Assembly (NCBI GenBank): GCA_040397235.1
Contig: JBBAWH010000005.1
Span: 21,118 to 85,117 of the forward strand
Length of the DNA stretch: 64,000 nucleotides
From: Candidatus Limnocylindrus sp.
Lineage (GTDB): Bacteria; Chloroflexota; Limnocylindria; Limnocylindrales; Limnocylindraceae
Direction of reading: 5' to 3'
This document shows positions 19,221-29,473 of the stretch, in pieces. How positions within the stretch are numbered: the stretch's first letter is position 1; every line of letters starts with the position of its first letter. Position numbers and translations under genes: made by a program. A model generated the notes under the pieces. That model searched no databases, had not been told where the DNA came from, and saw only the letters and a list, made by a program, of their open reading frames with translations.

Positions 19221-20137
19221 CCGCCGCAGCTCGCGCTACGAAGGGAACGAAAATTCAAAGGGCTGAGAGCCCATGGGTGCTGGCACAACGGCGATTCTTC
19301 GCTGGTCGCCAAGGGCCACTCGGACTTGCCATCCTCGGGTTTGTCTTCCTCCTTGTGGTCGTTGGGCCGCTGCTAGCCCCGTACCGTGTCGGAGAGATCC
19401 CAAAGCCAAGCGAATTCGTCTTCCTGGGGCGCGGCCCGTCAGCGGAACATATCTTCGGTGAAACGGCGCAGCTGCAGCTCGATGTCTTCATGCTTGTTGT
19501 GAACGGTGGGCGTGCTTCACTCTTCATCGGCTTTGTTGCCGCAATTGGTTCCATCACGATTGGAACCTTCGTCGGTATCGTTTCTGGATACTTTGGCGGC
19601 AAATTAGATTCATTCCTGATGCGCCTCGTTGATGTCTTCCTCGCGATTCCAAGTCTCTTCGTTATCATCGTGGGGGCAAAGATCCTGAGCTCCCTTGGCG
19701 GTACTGGCCTACAGACGGTCATCATCGTCTTCATCGTCTTCGGTTGGATGGGTACCGCTCGCCTGGTCCGGGGCCAAGTGTTGGCCCTCCGCGAGATGGA
19801 GTTCATTGAGGCGGCACGTGCCCTTGGCGTTCGTCCGATCCGCATCGCCATTCGACATGTACTACCGAACGCGATCGGTCCTGTTGTCGTCTCGTTCCCC
19901 TTCGCCGTTGGCGGTGCCATTGTCGGAGAGGCATTCATCAGCTATCTCGGGTTCGGTGTCTCCGCGCTGACCCCAACCTGGGGGAACATGCTCTCGAACG
20001 CTGAGAACTTCCTCCTGCAAGGGAACTGGTGGTGGCTCGGATTCCCCGGCCTCTTCATCATCATGACCTCGCTCTCCGTCAACATGATTGGCGACGCACT
20101 CCGCGAGAGCCTTGAGCCAGAGGGTCGACGGTCGTGA
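19217..20137 (+). CDS. Peptide ABC transporter permease (DppC/OppC type)
   Basis: Permease with the N-terminal OppC-like region. 4-bp overlap with the upstream gene. Confidence 0.85.
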   Translation: MTAAARATKGTKIQRAESPWVLAQRRFFAGRQGPLGLAILGFVFLLVVVGPLLAPYRVGEIPKPSEFVFLGRGPSAEHIFGETAQLQLDVFMLVVNGGRASLFIGFVAAIGSITIGTFVGIVSGYFGGKLDSFLMRLVDVFLAIPSLFVIIVGAKILSSLGGTGLQTVIIVFIVFGWMGTARLVRGQVLALREMEFIEAARALGVRPIRIAIRHVLPNAIGPVVVSFPFAVGGAIVGEAFISYLGFGVSALTPTWGNMLSNAENFLLQGNWWWLGFPGLFIIMTSLSVNMIGDALRESLEPEGRRS

Positions 20138-21210
20138 GCGCCGTGAAGAGGAGCCCCGTGAGCAAGCGCGCGTCGACGTCGACTGCACCGCTCCTCGAGG
20201 TGAAGGACCTGGCGATCAGCTTCCGCACCAGCCGCGGCATCCTGAAGGTTGTTGACGGCGTCTCCTTTGATCTCACCGCTGGCGAGTGCCTGGCGATCGT
20301 CGGCGAGTCGGGCTCCGGCAAGACCGTCTCGGCGATGGCGATCATCTCGTTGCTCAGTCGCAAGCAGGCGATCATCGAGGGCTCGGTTAAGTTCAAGGGG
20401 CGACAGCTCGTTGGCCTGAGCGAAGATCAGTTGCGCCCAATTCGAGGCGGCGGCATCGGCGTGATCTTCCAGGAGCCGCTCTCGGCGCTCAACCCGGTCA
20501 CCACGATTGGCGAGCAGATCGCCGAGGTGATCGTTGCGCACCGCAAGTTGAGCTGGAAAGAGGCGCACAAGTTGGCGATCGGCTATCTCGAGCAGGTCGA
20601 GATCGCGCAGCCAGAACAACGCGCCAGGCAGTTCCCACATCAACTCTCGGGCGGTATGCGCCAGCGCGCCATGATCGCCATGGCCCTCTCGGGCGAGCCG
20701 TCCATGATCATTGCCGACGAGCCGACCACGGCCCTCGACGTCACCATTCAGGCGCAGGTGCTCGACCTGCTGCGTCGCACCACCACCGAGCGTGGTGCCG
20801 CACTCTTACTGATCACCCACGACCTTGGCGTCGTTGCCGAGACGGCTGACCGCATCGCCGTGATGTATGCCGGCCAGATCGTTGAGACCGGCAAGGCCGC
20901 CAGCGTGCTGCGCGAGCCGGCGAGCCCCTACACGCGAGACCTCATCACGTCGATCCCCTCATTCGCGGCGCGCGGCAAGAAGCTGAACACGATCACCGGC
21001 ATGGTGCCGTCGCCTGATGCCTTCCCAGCGGGCTGCCGTTTCGCTCCGCGCTGCCGCTACGCGATTGACGCCTGTACCACCGCCGTGCCACCGCTTGAGC
21101 CGCTCAAGGATGGTCGCCTCGTTCGCTGCATTCGCACCAAGGAGGTGCTTGACGGCACCGCCGCAGGGAAGCGCCCCGCCGCAACAACCAAGCAGGGGGC
21201 GGCACGATGA
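20134..21210 (+). CDS. Peptide ABC transporter ATP-binding protein (DppD/OppD type)
   Basis: Walker A GESGSGKT, signature LSGGMRQR, Walker B. C-terminal 4-Cys oligopeptide-ATPase extension. Confidence 0.9.
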   Translation: MSAVKRSPVSKRASTSTAPLLEVKDLAISFRTSRGILKVVDGVSFDLTAGECLAIVGESGSGKTVSAMAIISLLSRKQAIIEGSVKFKGRQLVGLSEDQLRPIRGGGIGVIFQEPLSALNPVTTIGEQIAEVIVAHRKLSWKEAHKLAIGYLEQVEIAQPEQRARQFPHQLSGGMRQRAMIAMALSGEPSMIIADEPTTALDVTIQAQVLDLLRRTTTERGAALLLITHDLGVVAETADRIAVMYAGQIVETGKAASVLREPASPYTRDLITSIPSFAARGKKLNTITGMVPSPDAFPAGCRFAPRCRYAIDACTTAVPPLEPLKDGRLVRCIRTKEVLDGTAAGKRPAATTKQGAAR

Positions 21211-22358
21211 GCGGCAAGCCTGCAGAGGGACGCGAGGTGCTGAAGCTCGTTGGCGTGAAGCGCCACTTCCAGGTGCGCGGTGGCATCCCACTGATTCGCA
21301 AGCCGCTTGCGGTTCGTGCCGTCGACGGGGTCGACCTCACAGTGGCACGCGGCGAAACGCTCAGCCTCGTCGGCGAGTCGGGCTCTGGCAAGACAACGCT
21401 CGGCCGAGTGGCCCTCGGCCTGCAGCCAGCCACCGCGGGCACCGTCACCTTTGATGGACGTGAGATCAAGAAGCTCTCTGTCACCGAACGCCGAGCGCTG
21501 CGCAAGCGCATGCAGATCGTCTTCCAGGATCCGTTCGGCTCGCTGAATCCACGCCTCCCGATCGGCGACCAAATCGAAGAGGGCCTCCTCGCCCACAAGC
21601 TCGGCAACCCTGCGGCTCGCGAGAAGCGTGTGCGCGAAGTACTGGACCTGGTTGGCCTCGATCCGAACTATGCGTCGCGCTACCCGCACGAGTTCTCCGG
21701 TGGCCAGCGCCAGCGTATCGGCATCGCGCGCGCCCTTGCCGTGAACCCAGAGTTCATCGTGCTCGACGAGCCGGTCTCCGCGCTCGACGTTTCGATCCAG
21801 AGCCAGGTGCTCAACCTGCTCACCGACCTCCGCAACGAGAAGGGGCTCACCTACCTTTTCATCAGCCACAACCTCGATGTTGTCGGCTACTTCTCGGACC
21901 GCGTCGCCGTCATGTACCTCGGCAAGATCGTCGAGATTGGCCCGGTCGATCGCGTCTTCACCAAGCCGCAGCACCCGTACACCGTGGCGCTAATCTCGTC
22001 AGTGCCAAAGGTGGAGGCGCACGACGTCAAGGATCGCCTCATTCTTGAGGGTGAAATTCCATCGCCGATCTCACCACCATCGGGCTGCCGCTTCCGCACG
22101 CGCTGCTGGCTGCGTGAACAGCTCGGCAACCCAGAGAAGTGTTCAGCAGAAGAGCCGAAGCTGGTCGCCACACCCCGCGATGTGACGGTCAACGTGGCCT
22201 GCCACTTCCCTCTCGCCGATGGTGCCGCTGCAACAACCGCCGCCGGACGCTTGGAGATTACACAGGCCATTAAGGCTGCGAACTCTCCGAAGGTTAGGTC
22301 TGCAGCGAGGCCGAAGGCGGCGGCAAAAGCCGCTCCGAAGGCGAAGCGGAAGGCTTAG
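21207..22358 (+). CDS. Peptide ABC transporter ATP-binding protein (DppF/OppF type) with a Lys/Ala-rich C-terminal tail
   Basis: Walker [18 protein letters not shown], Cys-rich C-terminal domain, then a KAAAKAAPKAKRKA tail. Confidence 0.9.
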   Translation: MSGKPAEGREVLKLVGVKRHFQVRGGIPLIRKPLAVRAVDGVDLTVARGETLSLVGESGSGKTTLGRVALGLQPATAGTVTFDGREIKKLSVTERRALRKRMQIVFQDPFGSLNPRLPIGDQIEEGLLAHKLGNPAAREKRVREVLDLVGLDPNYASRYPHEFSGGQRQRIGIARALAVNPEFIVLDEPVSALDVSIQSQVLNLLTDLRNEKGLTYLFISHNLDVVGYFSDRVAVMYLGKIVEIGPVDRVFTKPQHPYTVALISSVPKVEAHDVKDRLILEGEIPSPISPPSGCRFRTRCWLREQLGNPEKCSAEEPKLVATPRDVTVNVACHFPLADGAAATTAAGRLEITQAIKAANSPKVRSAARPKAAAKAAPKAKRKA

Positions 22359-23890
22359 TCTTCGCGGCGGCCCGCGCCGCTCTCCCCCGTTGCCGACGAG
22401 AGCGCACCGTATCTCTGCAGCAGCTCCCCCGCGCGATCGCGCGCGCTTGGATTCGGCGCAATGCGCTGCGCTGGCGCCGCAACCGCCTCTGACGCTTCGC
22501 GGAGGCTGGCAAACACGCCAGCTGCCACGCCGGCAAGAGCGGCAGCGCCAGCGCCCGAGGCTTCAGCGTTCTGGCCCACCACTACAGGGATGCCGAAGAG
22601 ATCGGCGCGGAGCTGAACCAGTGGCGCGGAGACTGGCTCGCCGCCAGAGAGCGGTCCTGGCGCTGCACCGGTCGCTGGGCCTGAGAGTCGCATCTCGCTG
22701 ATCTGCAGCCCAGACTCGATTGCCGGTGCAAGCAGGTGCGCAACCGCAAGAGCGCCCCCCTCAATCGCTGCGCGCACCAGATGTGCCGCGGTGTGTCGAT
22801 CGGTTCGCCCATCGAACGCATCATCAGCGGAGCGCGGGCTGCTCCAACCAAGATTGGAGATCGGTTTCGCCATGAGTCCATCAGCGCCGAGCGGTAGCGA
22901 GGCGGCGGCGCGGAAGAGCTCAGCGCGGCGCTCTGGCGCCGCCGCTGGATCGTTGGCGAGCAGTTCCGTAACGACCCACTCCAAGAGTCGACCGGTGCCC
23001 GCGAAGGCGCCGCCGAGGATCACCCCGTCGCCGAACGGCGCAGGGGCTGGTCCCGCCCAGAGACGCCCAGGGAGTGCGGCGGTGATGCGCTGGGCTTCCG
23101 ATGGCGTCGCGGCCACGGCGACGCCGCCCGCGGTGCCGCCCACATCAACACCGAGTCCAGGCTCGGTAAGGCCCGCGCCGATCACGGCGGCGAGTCCATC
23201 GTTCATCCCTGCCGCGATCGGCAGCCCAGCAGGGAGGCCGAGATCTGCAGCTGGGCCAGGGAGCAGTGTGCCGATTCTGGTGCCCGGGAATACCTCAGGC
23301 GGGAGTGCGCGCTCATCGAGGCCTGCAGCGAGCAGGGCGCTGCGCTGCGCGGGCGAGACGCTTCGCGCCGGATCCCAGAAGGCGCTGACCGCCTCACCAG
23401 AGAGCCGCAGCGTGAGCGCATCCCACGAGGAGAGGAGCCACGTTGACGCCGCGGCGACCTCAGGGCGCTCACGGAGGAGCCAGCGCGCCTTCGGCAGTTC
23501 GCCGAGCAGCCATCCGCCGCGTCCGAGAATCTTTTCAAGTGCGGCCTCGTCGTCGGCTGAGCGGCGGTCGCGCCACATCAAGACTGGCCCAGCGGCACTT
23601 CCATCAGCGCGTACAGGGACGAGGGATGGGCCGTGACCGTCGACGCCGATTCCGCGAACCTCGATCGCCTCTGCGCTCTGGGCAGCGGCCAGGGCCAACA
23701 CCTCATGGGAGACGGCGCAGATCGCGCGCCACCAGACGTCGGCATCTTGCTCGCGCGGATCTGATCCGCCACTGGTCGCACGCCGCGCAATAGCGATCGG
23801 CGCACCAGTCTCAGCGTTGATCAGGAGCGCTTTGACCGAGGTGCTCCCGAGGTCGAAGGCGAGGAGTGCGGCGCGAACGGGTCGACGCAT
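22355..23890 (-). CDS. FGGY-family carbohydrate kinase
   Basis: N-terminal FGGY motif LAFDLGSTSVKALL. About 510 aa, two actin-like ATPase domains. Convergent with the ABC operon, overlapping by 4 bp. Confidence 0.7.
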   Translation of the reverse strand: MRRPVRAALLAFDLGSTSVKALLINAETGAPIAIARRATSGGSDPREQDADVWWRAICAVSHEVLALAAAQSAEAIEVRGIGVDGHGPSLVPVRADGSAAGPVLMWRDRRSADDEAALEKILGRGGWLLGELPKARWLLRERPEVAAASTWLLSSWDALTLRLSGEAVSAFWDPARSVSPAQRSALLAAGLDERALPPEVFPGTRIGTLLPGPAADLGLPAGLPIAAGMNDGLAAVIGAGLTEPGLGVDVGGTAGGVAVAATPSEAQRITAALPGRLWAGPAPAPFGDGVILGGAFAGTGRLLEWVVTELLANDPAAAPERRAELFRAAASLPLGADGLMAKPISNLGWSSPRSADDAFDGRTDRHTAAHLVRAAIEGGALAVAHLLAPAIESGLQISEMRLSGPATGAAPGPLSGGEPVSAPLVQLRADLFGIPVVVGQNAEASGAGAAALAGVAAGVFASLREASEAVAAPAQRIAPNPSARDRAGELLQRYGALSSATGESGAGRRED

Positions 23891-23909
23891 CAGGTGCGTC
23901 GCCGTTAGA

Positions 23910-24596
23910 TCAGCGTGGACCGTCGCTCCGGCCGTGGTTCACGTACCACCAGGCCGAAGGGAAGACCGCAGCTGCAAGCCCGAGCTTGATCGCATCGCCG
24001 AGCAGGAATGGGAGCGCACCCTTCTCGATCGCAACGCCGATCTCGAGATGCGCAGAGGCGGCGAGCCATGGCACGCCCACGCTGTAAATGATTAGGCTGC
24101 CAATCGCCATGGCCGCAACGGTGCCGAACACGCTGCGATCCCAGCCAAGGTCGGCGAGGCGCCCAACGATCCATCCGGCGAAGAGCATGCCGACGAGGTA
24201 GCCGCCCGTTGGCGCGAGCTGCAGCGCTCCGCCATCGGCAGCGGAGAGGAACTTCTCAATGCCGTGGCTCCCCTCGCGGAAGACCGGGGCGCCGAGAATA
24301 CCGAGGGCAAGATAGAGGCTCATAGAGGTGAGGCCGCGGCGCGCGCCAAGGGCTGCGCCAACCAGGAGCACGCCGAAGGTCTGCCCGGTGATCGGCACAG
24401 GGGTGCCAGGGAGCGGAATGACGATTTGGGCGGAGGCGGCCACGATGAGGGCGCCAACGACTGCGAGCGCCAGGCCTTGAAGGCGGGCGCCTAGACGCTC
24501 GCCGAGGAAGACCGGAAAGAAGAAGTCGCCCAGCGTCACGCCGAACTCGGCGGCAGGAATGCGGCCCATCGCGGGCAATGCGCGTCGAACCTTCAT
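23910..24596 (-). CDS. bioY: BioY family biotin transporter (ECF S component)
   Basis: About 200-aa membrane protein with BioY-like segments (IPLPGTPVPITGQTFGVLL). Confidence 0.7.
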   Translation of the reverse strand: MKVRRALPAMGRIPAAEFGVTLGDFFFPVFLGERLGARLQGLALAVVGALIVAASAQIVIPLPGTPVPITGQTFGVLLVGAALGARRGLTSMSLYLALGILGAPVFREGSHGIEKFLSAADGGALQLAPTGGYLVGMLFAGWIVGRLADLGWDRSVFGTVAAMAIGSLIIYSVGVPWLAASAHLEIGVAIEKGALPFLLGDAIKLGLAAAVFPSAWWYVNHGRSDGPR

Positions 24597-24694
24597 CTAA
24601 CCCTCCCTACAGGCGCCACCACCGTGCGACGGCGCTGACCGCCAGTCTACACTGCGCCACGCCCCTCACCGCAGGGTAAGATAACGGCTGACTT

Positions 24695-24770
24695 GGTGGC
24701 CATCGTTCAATGGTTAGGACCGTGGTTTGTGGAGCCGCAGATGAGGGTTCAATTCCCTCTGGCCACCCCA
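24695..24770 (+). tRNA. tRNA-His (anticodon GTG) with genomically encoded G-1 and 3' CCA
   Basis: Hand-folded cloverleaf: extra 5' G, acceptor GTGGCCA/TGGCCAC, D arm GTTC-AATGGTTA-GGAC, anticodon arm GTGGT-TTGTGGA-GCCGC, T arm GAGGG-TTCAATT-CCCTC, discriminator C, CCA. Confidence 0.8.
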
Positions 24771-24790
24771 CCACACGTGAGGAGCGCCCC

Positions 24791-26083
24791 GTGCCCACAG
24801 TCGCACCTCGCCGCCGCCTAATCAACGACCCCGGCTTCGTTCGCCTCTGGGCCGCCGAAACGATCAGCCACCTCGGCTCAAGTTTTACGGGCTTGGCCAT
24901 GCCGATTGTCGCCATCCAACTGCTGAACGCCGGCCCAATGGAGATCGCGGCAATCAACCTCGCCGATTTTCTCCCCTTCCTGGTCTTTGGCCTGCTCGTT
25001 GGCGCGCTCGTGGATCGCCTGCCACGACGCGGCGTGCTGATCGTTGCTGACCTTGGCCGAGCCTTGTTGCTGCTCACCCTGCCAATCTCGTACGCGCTCG
25101 GCGTCCTCTCCATTCCGCAGCTGGTCATCGTTGGCCTACTACTCGGCACCCTCACCGTCTTCTTCGATGTCGCTTATCAGGCCTACCTCCCATCACTGAT
25201 TCCGAAGGAGGATCTTGTTGAGGGGAACTCGAAGCTCGAGATCAGCCGTTCTGCCGCGGGGCTTCTAGGACCGAGCCTCGCTGGCGCACTGATCGCCGCT
25301 GTTAAAGCGCCTGCGGCGGTGGTGATTGATGCCATCTCGTACCTCTTCTCGGCGCTCTTCATCTTCTCCATTAAGCCGCATCACGAGTCCGTTGCCGAAC
25401 AGAGAGACGCAGCGGCACCAGCGGCAAGCAAGCCGCGCGCCTCGTTGCGATCCGACATTGCCGCCGGCCTTCGCTACGTCTTCGGCCACCCTGCGCTGCG
25501 CACGATTGGCGGCGCCACCGCAACGTCAAACCTGTTTGGCAGCATTGCCGGAACCGTCGAACTGCTCTTCGCCTACAACGTGCTCGGCCTCTCCGTGGCG
25601 CTCATCGGCTTCGCATCAACGCTGGGATCGGCTGGGGGGCTTCTCAGCGCCGTGTTGGCCGACAGAATCTCCAAGAAGATCGGCGTAGGACGAACGATTC
25701 TCCTCACCATCCCGTTGGGCGGACCGATGATGGCGGTGCTCGCCTTCTGCCAGCCCGGGAACGACCTGCTGAATACGCTCGTGATAGGCGGCGGCTTCTT
25801 CGCTGCCGCCGCCTCGGGGACGCTCTACAACATCAACCAGGTCAGCTTGCGCCAGGCGCTCACGCCGCCAGAGATGTCTGGGCGCATGAATGCCACGATG
25901 CGCTGGTTCGTCTGGGGGACGATTCCAATCGGCGCCTTGCTCGGCGGGATCATCGGCACCAACCTCGGCCTGCGCGAGGCGCTCATCATTGGCGGGATCG
26001 GTGGCACGTTCGCCTTCGTCCCCCTCCTCTTTGGGCCAGTCTGGAAGATCAAGGAGATGCCGACCAGGGTCGCCCAGAAGTAG
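24791..26083 (+). CDS. MFS transporter (EntS/enterobactin-exporter-like)
   Basis: 12-TM MFS with an N-terminal region (RRRLINDPGFVRLWAAETISHLGS) typical of this subfamily. Start moved to the GTG at 24791 after GAGGAG, because the listed ORF start at 24710 lies inside the tRNA-His gene. Confidence 0.7.
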   Translation: MPTVAPRRRLINDPGFVRLWAAETISHLGSSFTGLAMPIVAIQLLNAGPMEIAAINLADFLPFLVFGLLVGALVDRLPRRGVLIVADLGRALLLLTLPISYALGVLSIPQLVIVGLLLGTLTVFFDVAYQAYLPSLIPKEDLVEGNSKLEISRSAAGLLGPSLAGALIAAVKAPAAVVIDAISYLFSALFIFSIKPHHESVAEQRDAAAPAASKPRASLRSDIAAGLRYVFGHPALRTIGGATATSNLFGSIAGTVELLFAYNVLGLSVALIGFASTLGSAGGLLSAVLADRISKKIGVGRTILLTIPLGGPMMAVLAFCQPGNDLLNTLVIGGGFFAAAASGTLYNINQVSLRQALTPPEMSGRMNATMRWFVWGTIPIGALLGGIIGTNLGLREALIIGGIGGTFAFVPLLFGPVWKIKEMPTRVAQK

Positions 26084-26168
26084 CGCCACCCACCGCCCTG
26101 GCCCCTGCGCGCTGATAGACTCGCGGCGCGGCGGGATGCCCCCATAGAGGGGCCAGCCAGCGAGGAGG

Positions 26169-27248
26169 GTGCGCATGTCTACGGTGACGTTCCAGGGTGT
26201 CTCCAAGAAGTACGGCGAGGTCCTCGCCGTTGACAACCTCACCCTTGAGATCAACGATGGCGAGTTCATGGTGCTCGTGGGCCCCTCGGGCTGCGGCAAG
26301 ACCACCTCGCTGCGCATGATCGCCGGGCTGGAGGAGATCACGAACGGCACCCTGCTGATTGGCGACAAGGTCGTCAACGACATCGCCCCGAAGGACCGCG
26401 ACATCGCCATGGTCTTCCAAAGCTACGCCCTCTACCCGCACATGACCGTGCGCGAGAACCTCGCCTTCGGCCTGAAGCTGCGCAAGATTGAGAAGGGCGA
26501 GATTGAACGCCGCGTCAACGAGGCGGCGGCGATCCTTGACCTGACCAAGCTCCTCTCCCGCAAGCCGAAGGAGCTCTCCGGCGGCCAGCGCCAGCGCGTT
26601 GCCCTTGGACGCGCGATCGTGCGCGAGCCAGCCGTCTTCCTGATGGACGAGCCGCTCTCCAACCTCGACGCGCAGCTGCGTGTGCAGACGCGCGCCGAGA
26701 TCTTGCGCCTCCACGCCCGCCTCAAGACCACCGTCGTCTATGTGACGCACGACCAGGTTGAGGCGATGACGATGGGGACGCGGATCGCGGTGATGAGCGA
26801 CGGAAAGCTGCAGCAGGTTGGCACACCACAGGATCTGTACGACCTGCCCGTAAATCGCTTCGTTGCTGGCTTTATCGGCTCACCAGCCATGAACCTGCTG
26901 GAGGCGACCGTTGATGGTCGCCACGTGACAGCGGGCGATATCGCCATTGAGATCAGCGACGCGCGTGCAAAGGAGCTTGAGGGGCGCACCAGCGTCACGA
27001 TCGGCTTCCGACCAGAGCACCTTGAGTTCGGTAAGGCCGAGAAGGGCTCAGCACAGATCGAACTCACCGCTGACGTCGTTGAATATCTCGGCGCTCAAGA
27101 GTTGCTCCACTTCTCTACAAAGAGCGGCGAGGTGCTGGCCCTAATTGGTTCGGAGCACAAGACGCCGCGCGGCACCAAGGTGCAGCTCGGACTCTCTCTC
27201 GAGAAGCTGCACCTCTTCGACTCGGCCACCGGCGCCGCAATCCGCTAG
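26169..27248 (+). CDS. Sugar ABC transporter ATP-binding protein (MalK/MsmK/UgpC family)
   Basis: Walker A GPSGCGKTT, LSGGQRQR, Walker B FLMDEPLSNLD, and a C-terminal MalK-type regulatory (TOBE) domain. No adjacent permease or binding protein. Confidence 0.9.
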   Translation: MRMSTVTFQGVSKKYGEVLAVDNLTLEINDGEFMVLVGPSGCGKTTSLRMIAGLEEITNGTLLIGDKVVNDIAPKDRDIAMVFQSYALYPHMTVRENLAFGLKLRKIEKGEIERRVNEAAAILDLTKLLSRKPKELSGGQRQRVALGRAIVREPAVFLMDEPLSNLDAQLRVQTRAEILRLHARLKTTVVYVTHDQVEAMTMGTRIAVMSDGKLQQVGTPQDLYDLPVNRFVAGFIGSPAMNLLEATVDGRHVTAGDIAIEISDARAKELEGRTSVTIGFRPEHLEFGKAEKGSAQIELTADVVEYLGAQELLHFSTKSGEVLALIGSEHKTPRGTKVQLGLSLEKLHLFDSATGAAIR

Positions 27249-27262
27249 ATCGGCAGCAGCGC

Positions 27263-27898
27263 ATGCGATTTGGTGGCGATGCTCTCGGTGCGCGCCTCGC
27301 CGCGCTGCTTGAGCCTGGCGATCTCAACGAGGTCGTCGTCTCTTCGGACCTCGTGCTGCAGGCGGCGTACATGGAGTGGCGACGAACGACGGTGCAGCGC
27401 ACCGGCGGTGATCAGTACGTGCGCTACATCGTTGGTCACCCGGGCGCTGTGGCCATCCTTGCCATTGATGCGGCCAGTGAATCATCGGTCACTCTGCAGA
27501 GCGAACTCCTCTTCGTGCGCCAGTTCCGCGCCCCAGTGGGGCAGCTGCTCCTGGAGGTGCCGGCTGGAACGCTCGACCTGCATGACGGCGTGACGGAGGA
27601 GCCGCAGTTGGCCGCCGAGCGCGAACTCGAAGAGGAGACTGGCCTACGCGCAACAACCTGGCGGCACCTCCGAAGTTTCTTCACCGCCCCGGGGTTCACG
27701 AGCGAGCACATGGAGCTCTACCTCGCCCTGGGACTTTCGGAGGCTGGCCCTGGCGCCCGCACCCCCGACGAGGATGAGGCGATTGAGGCGGTCCGGCTGA
27801 CCATTGCGGAGGCGGCCGAGGCGGTCCGTCGAGGGGCCATCGTTGACGCCAAGAGCCTGGTCGCGATCGCCGCAGCGGAGCGTCTCGCCACCCGCTAG
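27263..27898 (+). CDS. NUDIX hydrolase (ADP-ribose pyrophosphatase-like)
   Basis: Nudix box GTLDLHDGVTEEPQLAAERELEEETGL. Confidence 0.8.
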   Translation: MRFGGDALGARLAALLEPGDLNEVVVSSDLVLQAAYMEWRRTTVQRTGGDQYVRYIVGHPGAVAILAIDAASESSVTLQSELLFVRQFRAPVGQLLLEVPAGTLDLHDGVTEEPQLAAERELEEETGLRATTWRHLRSFFTAPGFTSEHMELYLALGLSEAGPGARTPDEDEAIEAVRLTIAEAAEAVRRGAIVDAKSLVAIAAAERLATR

Positions 27899-28018
27899 CC
27901 CCCGCACGGCTCGTGCGTAAGCCCCTCGTGAGTTGCGATATCCGCACCCCAACCCCCCCTACGGTGCTAGAATCGTACCCACAGGGGTCCGCACTGCGGA
28001 ATCCGCAGAGAAGGATGT

Positions 28019-29473
28019 ATGGACATGGCAATCGCACCACTTCGGCACCTCGCGCCAACCTCAGCGCCGGCTCCCCATCGCGCGGAGCCACCCCTCGGAC
28101 CCACCGTTCAGATTGACCCTGCCCGCATTCGTGAACTGACCGCCCGCGAGTCCGAGCGCCTCGACGGCCGCACCCAGGGCTCAGCGGCCGCCTACGAACG
28201 CGCCAAGCGCTCCCTCGTTGGCGGTGTCTCGTCGAGCTACCAGAAGCGCGCGCCGTGGCCGATCTACCTGGACCGCGGACAGGGACAGTACGTTTGGGAT
28301 GTTGATGGGCATCAGTACCTCGACGTGCACAACGGCATCGGCAGCATGGTGCAAGGGCATGCGCATCCAATCATCACCGAGGCCGTGGATCGACGCATCC
28401 GTCTCGGCTCGCACTTCGCTGCACCAACCGAGGACACCTACATCGTTGCGGAGCAGCTCGCCGCGCGCTGGGGCCTCCCCCGCTGGCGTTTCGTGAACTC
28501 TGGCTCCGAGGCCACCATGGATGCGATCCGACTCGCCCGTGGCGCTACGGGGCGCGATGGCGTGATGAAGATCTTTGGCAGCTATCACGGCCACCACGAC
28601 TATGTGATGGTCGACATCGGCCTCTCGGTGTACGACGGCAAGGATCGCGAGAACTACCCGTCCATCGCCTACGGCAAGGGGATTCCAGATTCCGTCTCGC
28701 AGATGACGACGGCCGTGCCATTTAATGACGCTGGCGTTCTTGAGCGACGACTCACTGCGCTGCAGAGTGAGGGACGTCTCCCCGCCTGCTTGATCATGGA
28801 GGCCGCAATGATGAACTGCGGCGTGATCTTGCCAGAGCCCGGCTACCTCGCCGATGTTCGACGCATCACCAAGAAGTTCGGCGTGATCTGGATTGTTGAC
28901 GAGGTGAAGACCGGCCTCACCGTTGCCGCCGGCGGTGCAACAGAGCTCTTCGGCATCAAACCTGACCTCGTCTGCCTGGCGAAGGCGCTCGGCGCTGGCA
29001 TCCCTACGGGTGCTATCGGCGGCAGCGACGAGATCTGGGCGATGGTCGACTCTGGCGATGTGTATATGGTGGGCACCTTCAACGGCAACCCGCTCGCCAT
29101 GGCGGCGGCGCGCGCCAATATGGAGCGCGTGATGACACCAGACGCCTACAAGCATCTCGGTAGCCTCAATAGCCAACTCCTTGACGGTGCTCAAGGGATC
29201 ATCAATCGCTACAAGCTCGCCGCCTACGCGGTGGGGATTCAGTCCAAGGGCGTCATTACCTTCGCCCAGTCGAAGGTTGTGGACTATGACTCGTATAAGT
29301 CCGCCCAGCAGAAAGAGATCATTGACCTTGTCTGGCTCTGGAACATGAATCGCGGCATCTTTGGAACGCCGGGTCGTGACGAGGAGTGGACCCTCTCAAT
29401 CGGAATGACCGCCGCTGACGCCGACCACTACCTGGGCGTCTTTGAGGAGCTGGCCGCCGAACTGACGCGCTAA
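28019..29473 (+). CDS. Class III (PLP-dependent) aminotransferase, glutamate-1-semialdehyde 2,1-aminomutase-like
   Basis: HemL-like N-terminus (YERAKRSLVGGVSSS), PLP-lysine region (VDEVKTG), about 430-aa core after a 55-aa N-terminal extension. -10-like TAGAAT and GAAGGA upstream. Confidence 0.75.
   Translation: MDMAIAPLRHLAPTSAPAPHRAEPPLGPTVQIDPARIRELTARESERLDGRTQGSAAAYERAKRSLVGGVSSSYQKRAPWPIYLDRGQGQYVWDVDGHQYLDVHNGIGSMVQGHAHPIITEAVDRRIRLGSHFAAPTEDTYIVAEQLAARWGLPRWRFVNSGSEATMDAIRLARGATGRDGVMKIFGSYHGHHDYVMVDIGLSVYDGKDRENYPSIAYGKGIPDSVSQMTTAVPFNDAGVLERRLTALQSEGRLPACLIMEAAMMNCGVILPEPGYLADVRRITKKFGVIWIVDEVKTGLTVAAGGATELFGIKPDLVCLAKALGAGIPTGAIGGSDEIWAMVDSGDVYMVGTFNGNPLAMAAARANMERVMTPDAYKHLGSLNSQLLDGAQGIINRYKLAAYAVGIQSKGVITFAQSKVVDYDSYKSAQQKEIIDLVWLWNMNRGIFGTPGRDEEWTLSIGMTAADADHYLGVFEELAAELTR

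Noticed and set aside
24710-24790. ORF start at 24710 for the MFS gene
   Set aside because: That start codon lies inside the tRNA-His gene. The GTG at 24791 after GAGGAG is the plausible start.
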